Part shown: positions 60,093 to 64,000 of the stretch, one piece after another | How the letters are laid out: every line of letters starts with the position of its first letter | How positions within the stretch are numbered: the stretch's first letter is position 1 | NCBI GenBank assembly: GCA_963726575.1 | Contig: CAVSCR010000007.1 | Span: 193,948-257,947, forward strand | Length of the DNA: 64,000 nucleotides | Direction: 5' to 3' | Source of the DNA: an uncultured Actinomycetota bacterium | Lineage (GTDB): Bacteria > Actinomycetota > Actinomycetes > JAHEKZ01 | The notes under the pieces: model-generated | Databases searched by the model: none | What the model was told of the DNA's origin: nothing | The model's input: only the letters and a program-made list of their open reading frames with translations | Translations under genes and position numbers: made by a program

Positions 60093-60282
60093 GACGCCTG
60101 TGAGGTGAGCTGTCGGGTTCGGGCGGGGAAGGCTGCCCGGCCGCCAGGTTCGGCGGCTTCACCCCAAGACCTGGTCGCTGCCAGATCGAAGTGGTTCCCC
60201 CACTCCTGCCTCTGGTTCGGTGGGTGTCGGGTGTCGACACGCTCCTGGTGGTGCGCCGGGGCGGGAGGCAGGACTCGGCGTC
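60093..60282 (-). ncRNA. Cyclic di-AMP (ydaO/yuaA) riboswitch
   Basis: Minus strand GACGCCGAGTCCTGC..GCAGGAGTGGGGGAACCA..TTGGGGTGAAGCCG..CGGCCGGGC..GCCCGAACCCGACAGCTCACCTCACAGGCGTC; P1 GACGCC/GGCGTC; 116 nt upstream of the GH gene. Confidence 0.93.
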
Positions 60283-60417
60283 CGCTCGGCGGGCCCTCGG
60301 TCTCGGGCCGGGACCAGGTTACGAATCGATCACGCCGAGGGGAAAGTCACGTATCGGCGTGGCGCGAAAAGGCTTCTTAAAGGTCGATCCACACGGTCAA
60401 TTGGGGCACTTCGCCCA

Positions 60418-61095
60418 CTACCGGACGAACGCGAACAGACGGACGCCTCGCTGGTACGGGAGCGGCGCCCCCGTCAGACGGAAGGTGGCCACGCAGTGGC
60501 CCGACTCTTTGTCCGGGTCGTAGCCCGAGTCTGTCGGTGAGTCGAACGCCTCCTCAGTGAAGCCGGCCTGCATGAACCACTCGCGGATCTGGGGGGTCCT
60601 GTCAGGCCCGCGCCGATGCCGGGTCCAGATCACCCTGGCGCCGGGCGTACACAGTCGCGCCGCGTTGTGCGCTGTGTGCCGGATGTCGTCGTCGGTGATG
60701 TTGCCGAAGATTCCGCACAACAGCACCACCTGTGCCGGAACGACCCCGTCATAGGCGTCGGTGAGGGCGGCGTCGGAACGCACACACTCGATACCGGAGA
60801 GGCCGGCGCGGGCAAGCGCACCCCGAGCCACCTCGCAGTTGTAGGGATCCAGATCCACGAGCCGTCCGACAACGTCACCTGCGCGGGGGTGATCAGCAAG
60901 GGCCGCCACGACGTCGCGCCCTTGACCGGCGCACACGCTGATCAGACGCACGGTTCCCGGCGGTGCTGCGTCGACCGCCTCCCGAGTTCGCCGCACCACG
61001 TCGCGCAAGCGGCGCGACAGTCGGGATTCCGGGTCGTCGTAGTCGCGGTGCCAACGCGCCCAGAAGGTGTTCGGATCTGACGCTGGTGGCTGCAC
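60418..61095 (-). CDS. SAM-dependent methyltransferase-like protein
   Basis: WHRDYDDP, SVCAGQGRD, LCGIFGNI, VIWTRHR. Confidence 0.85.
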   Translation of the reverse strand: MQPPASDPNTFWARWHRDYDDPESRLSRRLRDVVRRTREAVDAAPPGTVRLISVCAGQGRDVVAALADHPRAGDVVGRLVDLDPYNCEVARGALARAGLSGIECVRSDAALTDAYDGVVPAQVVLLCGIFGNITDDDIRHTAHNAARLCTPGARVIWTRHRRGPDRTPQIREWFMQAGFTEEAFDSPTDSGYDPDKESGHCVATFRLTGAPLPYQRGVRLFAFVR

Positions 61096-61154
61096 GCCGG
61101 GAGACTACGTTCGACAACGCAATTGCAACAGTCGCGACAGCTTGGGGAGGAACC

Positions 61155-61670
61155 ATGCCCACGGACTCAGCAGAGCGGGGGTCCCTGTCGGCCGAGACCG
61201 GTGCACTCCTCGCCTCGTTGGACCATCAGCGCGACCACGTACTCGGTGCCCTCGAGGGTCTCAATGACGCAGATCTGCGACGCCCGCTGCTGCCCTCCGG
61301 TTGGACCTGTCTCGGACTCGTTCAGCACCTGGCCCTGGACGTCGAGCGGTTCTGGTTCCGGGCAGTCGTGGCCGGCGAAACCGTCGAGCTGCTGTCAGGC
61401 GACGAAGCGTGGCAGGTGACTGCAGACGTCACGGCCGAGGACGTGTTCAACCGCTACCGCGACGAGATCCGGCGCGCCAACCGTGTCATCGCTGACACCG
61501 CGTTGGACGCCGATCCTGCCTGGTGGCCGCAGGACCTGTTCGGCGACTGGCCGCCACGCAACTTGCGACGCACCATGCTGCACGTGATCACAGAGACCGC
61601 GTGCCATGCCGGCCACCTCGACGCCGCCCGGGAACTCATCGACGGGCGCACCTGGCTCATCTTGACGTGA
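61155..61670 (+). CDS. DinB family (DUF664) protein
   Basis: PSGWTCLGLVQHL, ERFWF, HVITETACHAGHLDAARELIDG. Confidence 0.9.
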   Translation: MPTDSAERGSLSAETGALLASLDHQRDHVLGALEGLNDADLRRPLLPSGWTCLGLVQHLALDVERFWFRAVVAGETVELLSGDEAWQVTADVTAEDVFNRYRDEIRRANRVIADTALDADPAWWPQDLFGDWPPRNLRRTMLHVITETACHAGHLDAARELIDGRTWLILT

Positions 61671-61683
61671 GCCGGTCACCGGC

Positions 61684-63069
61684 TCAGGTCGCGGACGTCT
61701 CGACGATCTCGTCCGCGACTCGCTCCCCCGCCTGCAGCGCTCCCTCGATGTAGCCGGTCCATTCGGTCGCCGTCTCCGAGCCGGCCCAGTGGATCGGTCC
61801 GATCGGTTCCCGCAATGCCGAACCGCACTCGCTCCAACCGCCGGGCCGCATCACTCCCGAGTAGCCACCCTCGATGTAGGGCTGACTGCACCAGTCCAGA
61901 TCCACGTAGTGCACGGGTGCCGCAGCCTCCGGCCCGAACCAGTGGACGGCACGCGCCAACCAAGCCTCCCGGCGCACCTGTGCGGCGTCCTCACCGAGGT
62001 GACGGTCCGCGAACTCCCGAGCGTGGTGCGCGGCGAAGAAGGACACCAGCACGCCGTACTCCGAGTCCGGTGAGGTGTTGTCGATGGCGTATCCGACCGG
62101 GCCTTCGGTGTCGAAGACACCGCCGGATAGGCCCGCGTCTCGCCAGAACGGCCGCTGGTACGCGGCGTTCACCTTGATCACCGATCCCAGCGGCATCAGC
62201 TCGGCAAGCCTTTGTCGCCGTGGTGGCAGCGGTGGTTCGAAGGTGATCTGCCGAAGCTGGCTCGGCGGGACCGCAAAGACCACACGACGCGCTTCGACGC
62301 TCCCCCTCGCGGTCATGACGTTCGCGCCGGACTCCGTCCACGTCACTGCGCGCACCGGGTGGTCCAGTCGAACGCGAGATCCCAGGCGCTCCTGGAGGCC
62401 CACCGCGAGCTGCTGGACGCCGCCCAGCATCCGGTGCGCCTGCGCGCCGTCCTCAATCCCTATCGCCGCGGTCAACGTGCCGGAGGTTCGGGCACCGTGC
62501 AGCAGCGTGAGCAGAGAGAATTCGTCAACTGGCGTCGTCATCAGCTCGCTGAGCAGCACCTCGAGCTGGCGTCGCGCACCGGGATCCACGACCTCATGCA
62601 TCAGCCAGGAACCCACGCTCAGCTGGTCCCATTCGACAGCCCGAGGAGATCGCCACGGTCGGTCAGGCAGTACCTCCGCGCACATCGCGTCGAGCTGGGC
62701 GATCGCCGCCAAGAAGTCGCCGTTGCCGTGGGGCTCAACGACTGCTCTGACCTCGCCGTCGGCGACGATCAGGTCCACGCCATCGCTGGGTGTTGCGAAG
62801 GTGCCGACACCGAAGTCGCCGGCCAGCGCGGCCAGACGCGGTTGCCCCGGCCCGGTCCACTGCCCCCCCAGCTCCAGCCAGGTACCCGCGACCTCGGTGG
62901 TGAGGGTCCGACCGCCCACCCGGCTGGTGGCTTCCAGCACCACCACGCGGTACCCGCGCTGTGCCAGGTGGGTCGCCGCGATGAGCCCTGAGAAGCCGGC
63001 GCCGACGACGGCGACGTCGACGTCGACCGCAGTAATGGCACCGCCCTCAGCGGAACGGGATGAGGGCAT
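61684..63069 (-). CDS. Flavin monoamine oxidase family protein
   Basis: GAGFSG, RVGGRT, ELGGQW, FWRDAGLSG, HWAGSETA, GYIEGA. Confidence 0.93.
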   Translation of the reverse strand: MPSSRSAEGGAITAVDVDVAVVGAGFSGLIAATHLAQRGYRVVVLEATSRVGGRTLTTEVAGTWLELGGQWTGPGQPRLAALAGDFGVGTFATPSDGVDLIVADGEVRAVVEPHGNGDFLAAIAQLDAMCAEVLPDRPWRSPRAVEWDQLSVGSWLMHEVVDPGARRQLEVLLSELMTTPVDEFSLLTLLHGARTSGTLTAAIGIEDGAQAHRMLGGVQQLAVGLQERLGSRVRLDHPVRAVTWTESGANVMTARGSVEARRVVFAVPPSQLRQITFEPPLPPRRQRLAELMPLGSVIKVNAAYQRPFWRDAGLSGGVFDTEGPVGYAIDNTSPDSEYGVLVSFFAAHHAREFADRHLGEDAAQVRREAWLARAVHWFGPEAAAPVHYVDLDWCSQPYIEGGYSGVMRPGGWSECGSALREPIGPIHWAGSETATEWTGYIEGALQAGERVADEIVETSAT

Positions 63070-63173
63070 CTCGTGATGCTCGCTTGGTCGCGCGAGCGGG
63101 TCAAGCCAGCCCGATCGACGCGGGCGGACTGGCTACTCTGACGCACGAAGCCCGCGACCGAGCAGGAGTGTCG

Positions 63174-64000
63174 ATGCCCACCGTGCACCTGCATGTCGGT
63201 GCGATGAAGAGCGGCACCACCTACCTGCAGGAAGTACTCGACCGAAATCGAGACCTGATGCGCGAGCGTGGCATCCTGTTTCCCGGTCGCGGCTGGCACG
63301 ACCAGGTGCTCGCGGTCGAGGACCTGGTGCAACGACGGCCGAGAGGTAAGCCGGCAAGTCCAGGTGCCTGGCAGCGGCTCGTGGACGAGGTCAACAGCTT
63401 TGATGGCGACACGGTCATCGTCTCGATGGAGACGATGGCCGTGGCCGACGACGCGGCCGTTGCCCGCGCGATCGAGTCGTTGAGACCGCATCGGATCAGG
63501 GTCGTGGTGACCGCACGCGACCTCGTGCGAGTAGTTCCAGCGCAGTGGCAGGAATCCACCCAGAACGGCGGCACGTACACATTCGAGCGCTTTCTCACTC
63601 TCGCCTCAGCGGCCCGATCGCGACATCTGCCCGTCTCTCGCATCCTCTGGTCGGCCCAAGACTTCGGGCACATTCTGCGTACCTGGCAGCCTGCTGTTCA
63701 GGAACCCGAAGATCTGGTGCTGGTGACAGTCCCGCCGTCCGGCAGCGACACTGCAGTGCTGTGGCAACGGTTCTGCCAGGCGGTGGGCATCGACCCGACG
63801 GGCGTTGACGCGTCGTCACCCAGGAACGAGTCCCTCGGCTCCACTTCTGCAGAGCTCATGCGCCGGATCAATGTGCTGGTGAAGCAGCGAGAGGTCCCCT
63901 ATCGGACGCGTCGAGCGCTCAAGATGCGGTTGGCGAAACGCTCCCTTCCCCTACGCCGCTCCGACGAGCCCGCCCTGGTGCTGCCGGAGAAGTTCCTCCC
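63174..64000 (+). CDS. Sulfotransferase-like P-loop protein, partial (runs off window; absent from ORF track)
   Basis: MPTVHLHVGAMKSGTTYLQ (PAPS-loop-like KSGTT), IVSME, TARDL..PAQWQE; RBS AGGAG. Confidence 0.75.
   Translation, partial: MPTVHLHVGAMKSGTTYLQEVLDRNRDLMRERGILFPGRGWHDQVLAVEDLVQRRPRGKPASPGAWQRLVDEVNSFDGDTVIVSMETMAVADDAAVARAIESLRPHRIRVVVTARDLVRVVPAQWQESTQNGGTYTFERFLTLASAARSRHLPVSRILWSAQDFGHILRTWQPAVQEPEDLVLVTVPPSGSDTAVLWQRFCQAVGIDPTGVDASSPRNESLGSTSAELMRRINVLVKQREVPYRTRRALKMRLAKRSLPLRRSDEPALVLPEKFL

Noticed and set aside
61114-61130. GACAAC-N5-TGCAAC resembling the aldehyde dehydrogenase operator
   Set aside because: One half-site is degenerate and neighbours have no evident link; may be chance

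Overview
High-GC actinobacterial chromosome segment. The core (about 11.7-43.5 kb) is the conserved actinomycete block mutY-clpC-lsr2-lysS-coaX-panC-DUF2520 ... stand-alone nuoD-folK/B/P/E-ftsH-hpt-tilS-dacB-ppa-NlpC/P60, with a few inserted cassettes. The left flank holds a TetR-controlled acyl-CoA operon ending in a broken SDR, an ECF sigma/ZAS anti-sigma/ABC exporter module bracketed by two related ~60-bp elements, and an orphan cheB-cheR(TPR)-cheW trio with no cheA or receptor. The right flank is accessory: sulfatase, Rieske oxygenase, hemerythrin, a DUF4062-STAND-TPR protein beside decayed genes, DmpA peptidase, ferredoxin/reductase, a GH26-like secreted enzyme behind a c-di-AMP riboswitch with an enlarged P2, and an amine oxidase. 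Four genes, including lysS, are split by single +1 indels, most likely consensus errors. I saw no rRNA, tRNA, CRISPR array, integrase or transposase. All family calls come from motif recognition; no database search was run, and start codons are best estimates.
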